This document shows, one piece after another, positions 24,956-37,749 of a stretch of 64,000 nt of DNA. Both the position numbers and the translations under genes were made by a program. The notes under the pieces were generated by a model. It ran no database searches, had not been told where the DNA came from, and saw only the letters and a list, made by a program, of their open reading frames with translations. The DNA is taken from assembly GCF_902713615.1 (NCBI RefSeq), contig NC_052162.1, positions 99,272,559 to 99,336,558 on the forward strand. The letters are read 5' to 3'. How positions within the stretch are numbered: position 1 is the first letter of the stretch; every line of letters starts with the position of its first letter. The stretch is from Scyliorhinus canicula (taxonomy: Eukaryota).

Positions 24956-27900
24956 TTTATTCTTCCATCTGTCATATCTGTCACCTCTTCAAAAAACTCA
25001 AGATTGTATAGCACACTCATCCTTTCTACTCATGCTCATTACAAAGGGATTGAGTATAGTTGTATAAGGGGAGACAGTGGCATGGTGATCTTGTATCTGT
25101 CATAGAATTTACAGTGCAGAAGGAGGTCATTCGGCCCATTGAGTCTGCACCGGCTCTTGGAAAGAGCACACTACCCAAGGTCAACACCTCCCCCCTATTC
25201 CCATAACCCAGTAACCCCACCCAACACTAAGGGCAATTTTGGACGCTAAGGGCAATTTATCACGGCCAATCCACCTAACCTGCACATCTTTGGACTGTGG
25301 GAGGAAACCGGAGCACCCGGAGGAAACCCACGCACACACGGGGAGGATGTGCAGACTCCGCACAGACAGTGACCAAGCCAGAATCGAACCTGGGACCCTG
25401 GAGCTGTGAAGCATTTGTGCTATCCACAATGCTACCGTGCTGTCCTCACTGGACTAGTGGACTATTGGTCTCTGGACGAGTAATCCAGTGACCCTGGGTA
25501 ATGCTCTGGGAATCCGGGTTCGAATTCAAAAAATACCAAATTAAGTCTAATGATCATGAAATCATTGTCGGAAAAACCCATCTGGTTCACTATTGTCCTT
25601 TGGGTCAGGAAATCTGCTGTCCTTATCTGGTCTGGCCTAATGTGGTTGACTCATAATTGCCCTCAGGATAATGAGCAATAAATGCTGACCCAGCCAGTGG
25701 GGACCACATCTCGTGAACTAATAAAAAGGTCTTGGTATCGGAGTCGTGATCTGATCAAGGCCCGCTACATTGCACTATGTAACAATACACTTGCCTTAGA
25801 GTGAGGTGAAGGTTACCAAACTCTTTACTGTGATGAGGAGATTGAGTTGACTATATCAATGTTCTCTATAGTTTATAAAATTAAGTGGTGATCTTAAGGA
25901 GCTTTACAGGGTAGATGATGGGAGGAAGATTTCATTAACTGGGGAGTCTTGAACATGGGATCAAATCTCAAAATGAAGCTAATCAGGACTGGAGATGAGA
26001 AACTTCTTCACTTGTTGTGAGACTTTGGCATTCTCTATCCCAGACTGTGTGTATGCTTAAGACATGAGTTTATTCAAGACAGTCATAGCATCAGTCATTA
26101 CATCATGATTCTGCTGGTTGAGTTCATGCCAGCTTTCTGTCGAGCAGGCCAGTAAATCTCTTCCCTTTGCTCTATCTGAAGCATAGCAAGTTTATTTTCC
26201 TCCAGTCTCCATTCGGTTTTCTTCTTAAAGTCATTGATCGCCCCCACTCCCACCACCCTCTTGAACAGCAAAATCAAAGTAATTACCCCCTGTGGCACCA
26301 GGGAGGGGGATCTTCCATACATTCTCCCTGTGTCTCTTGCCCACAACCTTGGACAAGTCCCCTCATCCTCGTACAGTCCGATAGCTGATGAGCTTTTGTC
26401 TTCCTTTTCTAAACCTTGTTTTGTAAAGCTCATCAAATCTCTCAATCTCCTTTCCCCAAGAATAACGATCTCAGATTCTCCAATCAAACCTTTTAGCTAA
26501 AGTTCCTCAATCCTTGCACCCTTTCTAAAGTACGGTGAATAGAACACAATACTCTAGTTATGAATAGAATAGAACAGTACAGCACAGAACAGGCCCTTCG
26601 GCCCTCGATGTTGTGCCGAGCAATGATCACCCTACTCAAACCCACGTATCCACCCTATACCCATAACCCAACAACCCCCCCTTAACCTTACTTTTTTAGG
26701 ACACTACGGGCAATTTAGCATGGCCAATCCACCTAACCTGCACATCTTTGGACTGTGGGAGGAAACCGGAGCACCCGGAGGAAACCCACGCACACACGGG
26801 GAGGACGTGCAGACTCCACACAGACAATGACCCAGCCGGGAACCGAATCTGGGACCCTGGAGCTGTGAAGCATTTATGCTAACCACCATGCTACTGTGCT
26901 GCCCCAAGTTGGGGCCTAACCAGGGCTTTATAAAGGCTCAGTATAACTCTGTGGACTTTGTACTCATTTCTTCCTATTTCTGAAGCCCTAGATCCCGTAT
27001 ACTTTGCTAACTGCTCTCTCTCGATATGTTCTACCACATTCAAAGCTATATGGTATACATACCGTCCTCTGTCTCTGCACATGAACTGTGCCAATAAGAC
27101 TGCATTGCCTGTCCCTATCCCTTCTGCCAAATTGCCTCGGCTCTCAATTCTCTGCACGGTAGCATAATGGTTAGCACAGTTGCTTCACAGCTCCAGGGTC
27201 CCAGGTTCGATTCTCGGCTTGGGTCACTATGCGGAATCTGCACGTTCTTCCCGTGTCTGCGTGGGTTTCCTCCGGGTGCTCCAGTTTCCTCCCACAGTCC
27301 AAAGATGTGTGGGTTAGGTGGATTGGCCATGATAAGTTGCCCTTAGTGTCCAAAAAATGTTAAGTGGGGGTTACTGGGTTCCAAGGATAGGATAGATATG
27401 TGGGCTTCAGTAGGGTGCTCTTTGTAAAGGCCGGTGCAGACTCGATAGGCCGAATGGCCTCCTGCACTGTAAATTCTATGAAATTACGTCTGCCCATAAT
27501 GCTAACTTGTCTCCTGTTCGGGTTGATCAACCGTATTATTTGTCACAGCTTTGTTTGGTATCATTGTCAAGTTTTAAAATTTTACTCTATTCCAATATCC
27601 AAATCCTGAATGTGTAAAAATGATCAATTCTGTCTGTACTATGGGATTAAAGAATATAGATAGTGCAGGAAGGTGGAATTGAGGCATAAGATCAGTTGTG
27701 AATTTACTGAATGGTGTAATAGTCTAGGAGGGTTGAATAGTTTATTCCAGCTCCTGTGCTTCAAATCACTTTCTCATGTAGAGACCCCATTCCAGTATTC
27801 TGAAAGCGGTCACTATCCTGTTCTCTATTATCTGTGATTTTTATTTCTATAGTCACAATTTCCCTCCGAGTTGGAGGATTTGCACCATTCTGGCAAATTA

Positions 27901-27968
27901 CCTTCGTTAAACTTCACCCTGTTCTCTGTTGTTCTCTTGCTGATGGTGTCTGTCCTCTCCCATGGCAG

Positions 27969-28127
27969 GATAAGTGTATGGATAAACCAGGCCCTCGGCT
28001 TGACAGCAGAACAGAAACCTGCTTTGTGAACTGTGTGGAACGTTTCATCGACACCAGCCAGTTCATCCTCAATCGACTGGAACAGACGCAGAAAAGCAAA
28101 ATGTCACCAGAGAGCCTGAGCGATTGA
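27969..28127 (+). CDS. TIMM8A: TIMM8A exon 2 ([52 protein letters not shown])
   Basis: Acceptor ggcag at 27968; completes the twin CX3C motif (CWDKC...CFVNC); the ESLSD C-terminus is TIMM8A-type; AATAAA at 28351. Confidence 0.96.
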   Translation, partial: DKCMDKPGPRLDSRTETCFVNCVERFIDTSQFILNRLEQTQKSKMSPESLSD

Positions 28128-28350
28128 GCAGGCAGAAGGACCATGGATCGGCAATATACAATACAAAGGATTTGCCTCAACACATGACACAGTGCAGGAT
28201 GGGCACAGTGCAGGATGGGCAGCATTGCTCTGTGGTTGTGGCACAGCCCTGCAGGACCGGCTATCCTGTGGCTGCCCTTTAAAAGGACCTTAACTCAAGC
28301 TAACATGTCTTTGATACTGAGTTTCCTGTATGAACGTTACACCATCCAGA

Positions 28351-28356
28351 AATAAA
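28351..28356 (+). terminator. Candidate TIMM8A polyadenylation signal
   Basis: AATAAA about 225 nt after the stop. Confidence 0.6.
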
Positions 28357-28489
28357 GCATGGTGGCATTTTTAACATACGGTACTGCAATATTCTGTGTA
28401 CTATCTTCAGGATGAATACTTAAATCTGGGCTGAGAGAGATTGTCCATACAAACTGGTGTTAGCCAGTGATTTTCAACTGGCTGGATGA

Positions 28490-28950
28490 GAGTCTGTGTG
28501 ATTTTCACACTGATTTGGGGCGGGGGGAAGAGATAGACAGAGAGGAGGAGGGAGAAAGAGTCTGATTTTCACACTGATGCGATGCGGGGCAGGGTGGGGG
28601 TGTCCTGTGCTATTTTCAACACTGATGGGACCGGGGTCGGTGTGGTTTATACGCTGACGAGGTGGTGGGGGGGGTCTGTGATTTTTCAACACTGATGGGA
28701 CCAGGGGGGGGGGAAGAGGAGTGATTTTCACAATGATGGGAGAGTGGGGGGCCTGTGCGGTTTTTAACACTGATGGGACGGGGCCCTGTGCTTGAGATTT
28801 CTCGCACGGTGATGGAATGGCTTGTTTGAGATTACCTGCATGGAGACAGAACAGGAGTCTGTGGCTGCGATTTTCTGCAGGGTGCTGATATGGCGTGTTT
28901 GAAATTTTTCACACGGTGACGGGACGTGGATCTGTCCCTGTTTTTACATT
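28490..28950. repeat. Degenerate about 50-nt G-rich tandem repeat (gtgattttcacactgatgggacgggg) just 3' of TIMM8A
   Basis: About 8 degenerate units. Confidence 0.7.
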
Positions 28951-29363
28951 CCACAACCACGCAGTCTCTGCAGAGATAAAAATAGAAAGTGCTGGAAAAA
29001 CTCAGCAGGGCTGCAGAATCTGTGGAGGAAGAAACGGTTAATGATTCACTCCAATATGACTTCGGAACTGAAGAGACAGTTCGGAAGATGTATTGGATTG
29101 GAAATATCAATTCTGTTCCTCTCACCACAGAAGTTACCAGAGCTGCTGAGTTGTTCTAGCACTTTGTTTTTAATCAAGATCTCCAGCTGCCACAGTATTT
29201 TCCTTTGATTTAGTTTGAATAGAGAGACAGCAGGTCTTGTCACACACTGTACAGATGCAGTGATGCTCGATGACATGCCTGCAGGTAGTGTTCTACTGAA
29301 GTAACTGCAGAGTTCCATTAAATCACACTGATAAACACCTGCCACACGGTAATGAAAATATAT

Positions 29364-29369
29364 TTTATT
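29364..29369 (-). terminator. Candidate poly(A) signal of the NIPA2-like gene (about 1.7 kb 3' UTR)
   Basis: tttatt on + (AATAAA on -) in unique sequence downstream of the stop. Confidence 0.4.
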
Positions 29370-29509
29370 AGACATATAAAATTGGTAAGTACAGAACAGT
29401 GGCAGTCAGAGCATGTTAAATATGAGTGCCTGGAATCTGAAGTCATTTGGTGTATCCCAACAATTCTTAACCACAGGTGAGTTGTTTCTTAGATCCACTG
29501 CACGGTCAC

Positions 29510-30110
29510 TGTCAGACACTCCCAAGTCAGGGACAACACAGAGTGAGATACAGAGTAAAGCTCCCTCTACACTGTCACCATCAAACATTCACAGAACAGG
29601 TACAGCACAGCATCAGATACAGAGTAAAGCTTCTTCTACCCACCCCTATCAAACACTCCCAGGGCAGGAACAGCACAAGGTAAATACAGAGTAAAGCTCC
29701 CTCTACACTGTCTCCATAAAACACCCCCAGGACAGGTACAGCACAGGATTGGGGCTGCATGGTAACAGTGGTTAGCACCGTTGCTTCATAGCACCAGGGT
29801 CACTGTGGAGTCTACACATTCTCCCTGTGTCCGCGTAGGTTTTCTCTGGATGCTCCAGTTTCCTCCCGCAAGTCCTGAAAGATGCGCTTGTTAGGTGAAT
29901 TGGACATCATGAATTTTCCCTCCGTGTACCCGAACTGGTGTTGGAATGTGGCGTCTAGGGGATTTTCACAGTAACTTCAATTTCAGGTTAATGTAAGCCT
30001 ACTTGTAACAATAATAAAGATTATTATTATTAGATGTAGAGTAAGGCTCCCTTTACACTCCCAGGACAGGAACAACATGGGGTTAGATACAGAGAAAAGT
30101 GCACTCCACA
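29510..30110. repeat. About 69-nt satellite units (acagagtaaagctccctctacactgt...) split by a SINE at 29751-30030
   Basis: Reverse complement of the 33410-35155 unit. Confidence 0.8.
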
Positions 30111-31041
30111 CTGCAATAATAACCCGTATTGGAGGACAGCACATGGTCCCATTAACCTTTCAGGCTGTAATCTCAGATCATGCTGTGCTGTCGAATGGAG
30201 GTTGTGCTGGGAGGGGTGAATTTTCTGTGGTGTGTCAGGATGAGTATTGACAGCTGCCCATTTGTGACTGCTGGTGTTTGCGATGGGGGAAAATTCAAAC
30301 AATGTATTGACATCTAACCCTTGCGGTGACAGCACTGTCATTTCTCAGAGCTCATTACCACACCCCTGGTATTGGCACATGTTTTCTAAGACTATAACGT
30401 AAGTAGTCAATTTAGCGCATATACTGTCAAAATAGAGTCCTCAGCTGGTGAAAGATGAATAGATTATATTTGTGCTTTGCGGATTAACTAATTATTTTTG
30501 TTATAGTGCATAGTAATAAAACTGGTTTCCTGACCCATTAAGTTTGTATCTGCGATGTAGTATTTTAGAGGTGCGGGGGGTGGGTATCCCAGCTGTGTGC
30601 ACCAGCCCTGCAGCAGCTTATCTGGAGTCTTATACAAGTTTGAATGAGAGGCTCCCGCTAGCAGATCTCTCTACTCCATCCTTTCAAATATTTCGAGAGA
30701 AGGAGCACACTAACTTTTCTGTCAGTACTGGGGAATCGGACACTCTGGGTGCAGTAACTTCCAAATAGGCTGATGTACCTGTATGCGGAAGTTGTGGGCC
30801 AGTCTTCAGTTTACACAGCATCGACTCAAGCTGCAAAGGGATTACACACCAAGACAAAAGGAAGAAGGGAATTTCCAACAGCACATGCTGGTTGGAGGAA
30901 GTAAGTGGACACTTGAACAGGAAGCAGCAATCTCTGGAGCAGCGCTGAACTGGATTTCTGTGGAGCAATGGGAAGTGTTCTGATCTCACTGTACAGCTCG
31001 CACCTCCACAGCGACAGTCCCATTTCCGACCAGCCAAGGCT

Positions 31042-31661
31042 TCAGCTGAAACAACGCATGGTCCCATCTTCACTTGGGTGGATGAGGATTTCAGATGTCT
31101 GGTCTGGCAGAGCTTGGTACTGCTGGCGTCTCATTGCCCCGCTCCACACAGTACCAGGCTCGCCGTTCCTGAGAAATGGGGGCAGGGTACCTGGTGTGAA
31201 GCTGATGTTCTTGAAGGCATGGAGCAGGAAGATCCCAAGGACGATGATGATAAACCCGCTTATGGTGCCCAAGATGTTATCAAAGGTCATGTGGTACCAC
31301 TCCTTGAACAGGATGGCTGAACAGGTCATAACAGCAGTGGTGAAGAAGACGTAATAGATGGGTGTGACGATGGAGGTGTTGAAGATGTCCAAGGCTTTGT
31401 TCAAATAATTGATCTGTGTGCTTACACAAACTATCAGGCACCCAAGCAGGATCCAGGTCACCGGCTGTGCCAGCACACGGTGACCCACAAACAGCTCCTT
31501 GATGGCGATTCCCAGGCCCTTGACACACGAGACAGAGAGGGAGCCGATGACGGAACAGATGAGGATGTAGACCAGGACATTCTTCTGCCCATAACGTGGG
31601 GCCACCAGCACGATTAGGATCAGGCAGCTGCTTACAACACACACTGCAAACACAATAAAAC
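31042..31661 (-). CDS. NIPA2-like magnesium transporter, last coding exon
   Basis: Acceptor ttgcag at 31662; translation [10 protein letters not shown]...[11 protein letters not shown]...[29 protein letters not shown]...LLHAFK is typical of the NIPA2/NIPAL family; stop at 31042. Confidence 0.95.
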
Positions 31662-32497
31662 CTGCAAGCCCGACACAAGACTGAGATTAGACAGTTGAAG
31701 TGATGGCCCTCATGTTTTACAGCACAATGTACAATACATAGGATCACAACACATGCCAGACGATCAACGCCCAAACAAATCCAGCTCGGAATATCCCAAA
31801 CTGCTGAATAGAGCAGTGTGAAACTTTCCACTGGCAGGAGGGCAGGAATCTGGGAATATTGATTCAGGATCATTGGCAGTAGAATCATAGAATCCCTACA
31901 GTGCAGAAGGAGGCCATTTGGCCCTTCGAGTCTGCACTGACTCTTTGAAAGAGCACCCCACCCAGGCCTAATCCCCCACCCTATTCCCATAATACCACCT
32001 AGGGGCAATTAGCATGGCCAATCCACCTTATCTGCACATATTTGCACTGTGGGAGGAAACCGGAGCACCCGGAGGAAACCCACGCAGACACATGGAGAAA
32101 ATGCAAACTCCACACAGTCACCCGAGGTAGGAATTGAACCTGCCTCCCTGGCCACTGTGCCGCCCTGAATATGTGGGAAATGAGGAGAAATGTATTTACT
32201 CAAGTGAGTAATGACTGAGGAAAGCACTGCCTGAGAAAGCAGTGCAAGCAGATTCAATTGTAGCTTTCAAATGGGCTAAATTAGATAAATACTTAGAAAA
32301 ATCTTTCGCTCTCCCAAAGAGGATGCACAGGCTCAAGGGGCTGAAGGGTGCTTCTTTTGTGCTGGGGAAATCAATGATTTTGTGTCATTATGAAAACTTT
32401 CCAGTGAGGAGCTGCACGGTGCAGTAGTTACAGACTGACAGCTATTTAAAGGAGGTATCAGCCCTCCTAACTGCTTTTACTCTGATATTTGCCGTAC

Positions 32498-32658
32498 CTG
32501 GATCTTTGAGCTTTTCCACCATTTCAGTCAAGGTGCCGACCTCGTCCTCTTGTGGAGCATGGATCACCATCACTGTCGAACCCAAAATACTCAGGATGCA
32601 GCCCATCTTTCCGTGTAGGTTCAGGCGTTCGTTTAAAAAATAGGAGGATAAAATCGCA
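32498..32658 (-). CDS. NIPA2-like transporter, 161-nt exon ([40 protein letters not shown]...KLKDP)
   Basis: ctccag acceptor and CAG|gtac donor; phases agree with neighbouring exons. Confidence 0.95.
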
Positions 32659-33409
32659 CTGGAGAGAAGGAAGCAGGGACACTGGATTACCAGGTGCAAG
32701 GGCCCGGCCATACTGGAATTTACAAACACTTCTTCCCACTGCTCCCAATCTGAGAGAAAACCAACTCTACACAACTTGCAGGATGGGAATGAGAGCATTT
32801 TGACATCTGGACACATTTTCCCTTACGTTTTACATCTCCTGCAATCTTCCTATCTTCCTACAAATGACAAGATTTTAAATTGGACCGAACAACATCCACG
32901 GTAGCTTTCGCTATAGAACATAGAACATAGAACAGTACAGCACAGAACAGGCCCTTCGGCCCTCGATGTTGCGCCGAGCAACGACCACCCCACCCAAACC
33001 CACGCAACCCGTAACCCAACAATCCCCCCCCATCAACCTTACACCACGGGCAATTCAGCATGGCCAATCCACCTAACCCTATGTTCTGTGCCAAGGGCTC
33101 ATTCTTTCTCTCAACTTCCAGTGATCTTTTCAAATGTGGAATCGAATGGAAAACGGGCTATTCCAAGATTTTGTAGTTACCAGGCAATTTTCCGAAGGGT
33201 ATGAAACTAATTCAAACTAAAGAAAAGAATCTTTAAATGAAGATGTGATGATGAGAAACTGATAGGACCAACATGTTTCCCGAGATTTGAAGTTAAGATG
33301 CAGCTCCCTCGTTTGCAGATAGTGCAAGGATTGGGTGGTGGAGGGGCTAGTATTTTCTCTTTCAGATTCAGCTCTTATCATTAAAGGAATGGGATCAGTC
33401 TCCCGAATA

Positions 33410-35155
33410 TATCTGTCCTGGGTGTGTATGATGGGGTTAGTGTAGAGGGAGCTTTACTCTGCATCTAACCCTGTGCTATATCTGTCTCAAGATGTTTGAT
33501 GGGGACAGTGCGGAGGGAGCTTTACTCTGTATCTCACCCCGTGCTATACCTGTCCTGGGAGTAATTGGTTTAAACAAAAAGAACAAAGAAAATTACAGCA
33601 CAGGAACAGGCCCTTCGGCTCTCCCAGCCTGCGTTGATCCAGATCCTTTATCTAAACCTGTTGCCTATTTTCCAAGGATTTATTCCCTCTGTTCCCCGCC
33701 CATTCATATATCTGTCTAGATGCCTCTTAAATGATGCTATCGTGCCCGCCTCTACCACCTCCGCTGGCAAAGCGTTCCAGGCACCCACCACCCTCTGCGT
33801 AAAAAACTTTCCACGCACATCTCCCTTAAACTTTCCCCCTCTCACTTTGAAATAGTGGCCGCTTGTAATTGACACTTCACAGTTGCTATCCACACTTCCC
33901 TCAGTAACATGGGATAGATCCCATCCGGACCTGGGGACTTGTCCACCTTAATGCCTGTTGGAATACCCAAAACCTCCCCCTTCCTTATGCCGACATGACC
34001 TAGAATATTTAAACATCCATCATGTCCCTCTCCTTGGTGAATACCGATGCAAAGTACTCATTAAGAAGCTCACTTATTTCCTTTGACTCCACGCATAAAT
34101 TCCCTCTTTTGCTTTGAGTGGGCCAATCCTTTCTCTCGTTACCCTCTTGCTTCTTATATACGAATAAAAGGTTTTGGGATCTTCCTTAACCCTGTTAGCC
34201 AAAGATATTTCATGACCACTTTTAGCCCTCTTTATTGCGCGTTTGAGATTTGTCCTACTTTCCTGATATTCCTCCATAGCTTCATCAGTTTTAAGTCACC
34301 TAGATCTTATGTATGCTTCCTTTTTCATTTTAGCTAGTCTCACAATTCCACCCGTCATCTTGCCATTTCTATCCCTCATTTTCACAGGGACATGTCTGTC
34401 CTGCACTCTAGTCAACCTTTCCTTAAAAGACTCCCACATTTGAAATGTGGATTTACCCTTAAACAGCTGCTCCCATTCCACATTCCCTAGCTCCTGCCGA
34501 ATGTTGTTATACTTGGCCTTTCCCCAATTTAGCACTCCTCCTTTAGGACCACTCTCATCTTTGTTTAGGGGCTGGTTTGCACACCGGGTTAAACAGCTGG
34601 CTTGTAATGCAGAACAATGCCAGCAGCGCGGGTTCAATTCCCGTACCGGCCTCTCCGAACAGGTGCCAGAATGTGGCGGCTAGGGGCTTTTCACAGTAAC
34701 TTCATTGAAGCCGACTTGTGACAATAAGTGATTATTATTATTAATTATTATTTGATGGTGTCAGTATAGAGGGAGTTTTACTCTGTATCTAACCCTGAGC
34801 TGTACCTGTCCTGGGAGTGTTTGATGGGGACAGTGTGGAGGGAGCTTTACTCTGTATCTAACCCCATGGTGTACCTGTCCTGAGAGTGTTTGATGGGGTC
34901 AGTGTAGAGGGGGCTTTACTCTGTATCTAACCCCATGCTGTATCTGTCCTGCTACTGTTGGATGGGAGCAATGTCGACGGATCTTTACTCTGTGTCTAAC
35001 CCTGTGCTATACCTGTCCTGGGAGTGTTTGATGGGGATAGTGTGGACGGAGCTTTACTCTGTATCTAACCCCATGCTTTATCTGTACTGGGACTGTTTGA
35101 TGGGAGCAATGTAGACGGATCTTTACTCTGTATCTAAGCCCATGCTGTATCTGCC
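33410..35155. repeat. About 69-nt satellite array split by a CR1 fragment (33575-34560, -) and a short SINE (34567-34750)
   Basis: Unit gggagtgtttgatggggacagtgtagagggagctttactctgtatctaaccccatgctgtacctgtcct on both flanks of the insertions. Confidence 0.85.
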
Positions 35156-35592
35156 CTCAGTGTTTATAACCAACTTCGAGTACCTGATTGCGGTTCCAGT
35201 CCTGGGTTTGTCTAATATTGTACTCCGAGGTGGAGATGTGAGGAATGGTGTCTGTGTCACAGTGCTTTGGGGGTGAACCGGCATGGGGCGGGGGCAGGTG
35301 GGAGAGAATGAGGAGGAGGAGGAGAGAGAGGAATTTTCCAGTGCTGATTGCACAGCGCCTGCATCTGAAAAATGCACTGACGTGGACCTCAAGATTGGGC
35401 AGTGTCAGGCTGCCTTGATGGCAGAATCACAGTCCTGCAATTTTTGTCTGTGCACACAAAATGGCCATGTGCAAATGGATTGTCTAGTTGCTGGGATCTC
35501 TGGGACTGTAGAGGAGCAGCGAGGCAATTCCTTCAGGTCAGCAAGAGGGAGTTATATTGCAGCTGGAACGGTTATGTCAGGGGCTTGCTCAC

Positions 35593-35683
35593 CTCACAAG
35601 GACACTGAGGGCTCCCAGCGGAGTGACCAGAGTCGCTGGGGCAAAGACATAGGCAGCAAAATTTGCAGCTTCTCCCAAACCCA
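35593..35683 (-). CDS. NIPA2-like transporter, 91-nt exon ([29 protein letters not shown])
   Basis: ttttgcag acceptor, AG|gtgagc donor; NIPA signature [20 protein letters not shown]; absent from the ORF track. Confidence 0.95.
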
Positions 35684-36573
35684 CTGCAAAACAGGATAGA
35701 CAGAGTTAGAGCCTGAACCAGGTGCCCGATGTTCGAGCTACAGTCACCTACAGCCAGAAAAAGTATAACCATTTCACAAAGTGGGACACAACCTGCAGCC
35801 CTACTGCATTATAAAGGGTAGCGAGACACTGAGGTGAGGCAATGGGGGGAGATGAGAAGGAAGACACGGGCGGGGGTGGTGGTGTGATAAAGCAGGGAGA
35901 CACAACGATCTTACAAATCCCCACTGAGAGAAATATGAACTTCCAGGATGATACAAGATTCCACATTTTAAGACTTTTACTTTAATAAGCAAACTAAAAA
36001 CAATTGACTAAACACTATTTTTATTTCTCCTTTAAACTTTGGAACAGCACTTTCCTATTTTATTTTTAGAACAACTGAATAAATCACTTCACATGTCTAC
36101 CTTACACTGTCTCTTAAGTAGACATTCAATTTTCCTGGACCCAATCCAGAGATTTGTAGCTCCCGAGATTCTACTTCCATTTTTGTCCTTTCTTAGCCTG
36201 CTAACTTTTAACTCCAGAACTGTCTTGCGCAGTGAGGGTTTTTCTTGTCGATTCTCCCTCTATCACAAGCTAGGCAATCTTCCAGCCTTGTTACAAATCG
36301 TCATGACATTGGTGTTTTCAATCCAAGCACGAGGTCCCTCCCTCATTCCTGCACAGGAAATCTGACACTATCTGCCTCTAGCTACTCTCTCTCACCCGAT
36401 CATGGCAATCTGCTTCTCTGAGAATTTCAGGGATATCTTCGAAACCCTTTCCTTCTCAAAGACATCTTCATGGCAACATGAATCAAATGGGCGTTGTATC
36501 CAGGTAGAAATGCTTAATGCCTAACTTTGAGACCTCATCTCTTTAATCTTGGAAGTAAATGGACAGTTTAAAG

Positions 36574-36959
36574 CAGGGGTGGGCAAACTTTTCCGTGCAA
36601 GGGCCACATTCAGAAATTCACAATTCACAAAGGGCCGCATAGTATATTAAGTAAAATAATTACTTCACCCGGTTATGATTCTGGGCGCCTCATATAGAAC
36701 ATAGAACAGTACAGCACAGAACAGGCCCTTCGGCCCTCGACGTTGTGCCGAGCAATGATCACCCTACTCAAGTCAACGTATCCACCCTATACCAGTAAGT
36801 AACCCAACAGCCCCCCCCCCATTAACCTTAAAAAAAAAAAAAAAAAAAAAATTTTTTTTTAAAAAAGATTTTTTTTTTTTTTTTTAATGACTTGGTGGGC
36901 CGCAGAAATACCTTTGGCGGGCCGCATGCGGCCCGCGGGCCGTAGTTTGCCCACCCCTG
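36574..36959. mobile_element. Non-autonomous hAT element (MITE), copy 2
   Basis: Same TIRs; 8-bp TSD gtttaaag (36566-36573 and 36960-36967). Confidence 0.92.
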
Positions 36960-37749
36960 GTTTAAAGCATTACTGTTTACAACCTGACATTCCCAACTTC
37001 TTTCTTTCATTCTCCCTGTGGCTACATGGGTTTCCTCCGAGTCCTCCGGTTTGCTCCCACAGTCCAATGGGAGGTTAGATGAATTGGCCGTGTTAAATTA
37101 TCTCTTAGTATCCAAAGATGTGCAGGTTAGGTGGAGCTACAGGGATAGGGCAGGGTGCTCTTTCAGAAGGTTGGTGCAGACTTGCTGGGCCGAATGGCCT
37201 CCTGCATTGTAAGGATTCTATGATCTTGGAACTTTGGAGACTAGCAGTCTCATCACTGTAAACACAGATACTGCTGCCATTGACTCAAGATGTGAATACC
37301 TTAAATCTTGGTTTCAATGACCGGTGTCTCTCATTAATCTTTAAAAGCCATGCAATCCAGACCTGTTGTTAGGTAGCGTTCAGAACAGGAGAAACACTTA
37401 ATTTTATCCGACATTAAAGACACAGTCATAAAACATACAAATAGGAGGTTTATAAGATTGTTAACATGGGGGAGGTAGAAGGAGGGAGACATTGAGCAGG
37501 GGAAAAAAACAGGGTGACAATGGGGGAGAGGAGAGGCAGTGAGACACTGGGGGGGGGGGGGGGGCGGAGAACATAAGGGATTCAAGAAGGTGGCAGGAGG
37601 GAAGCAGCAGTGAGACACCAGGGTGGGGAAGCGGGTAGAAATGGAGGCGGGGAGCGAAGCAGGGGACATGGGGGAAGAGAGTGGGGCATCAGGGAGAAGC
37701 CGAGGCCCCGAGGGGAAGGAGAAGCAAGGCGTCATGCGGGTGGGATGAA

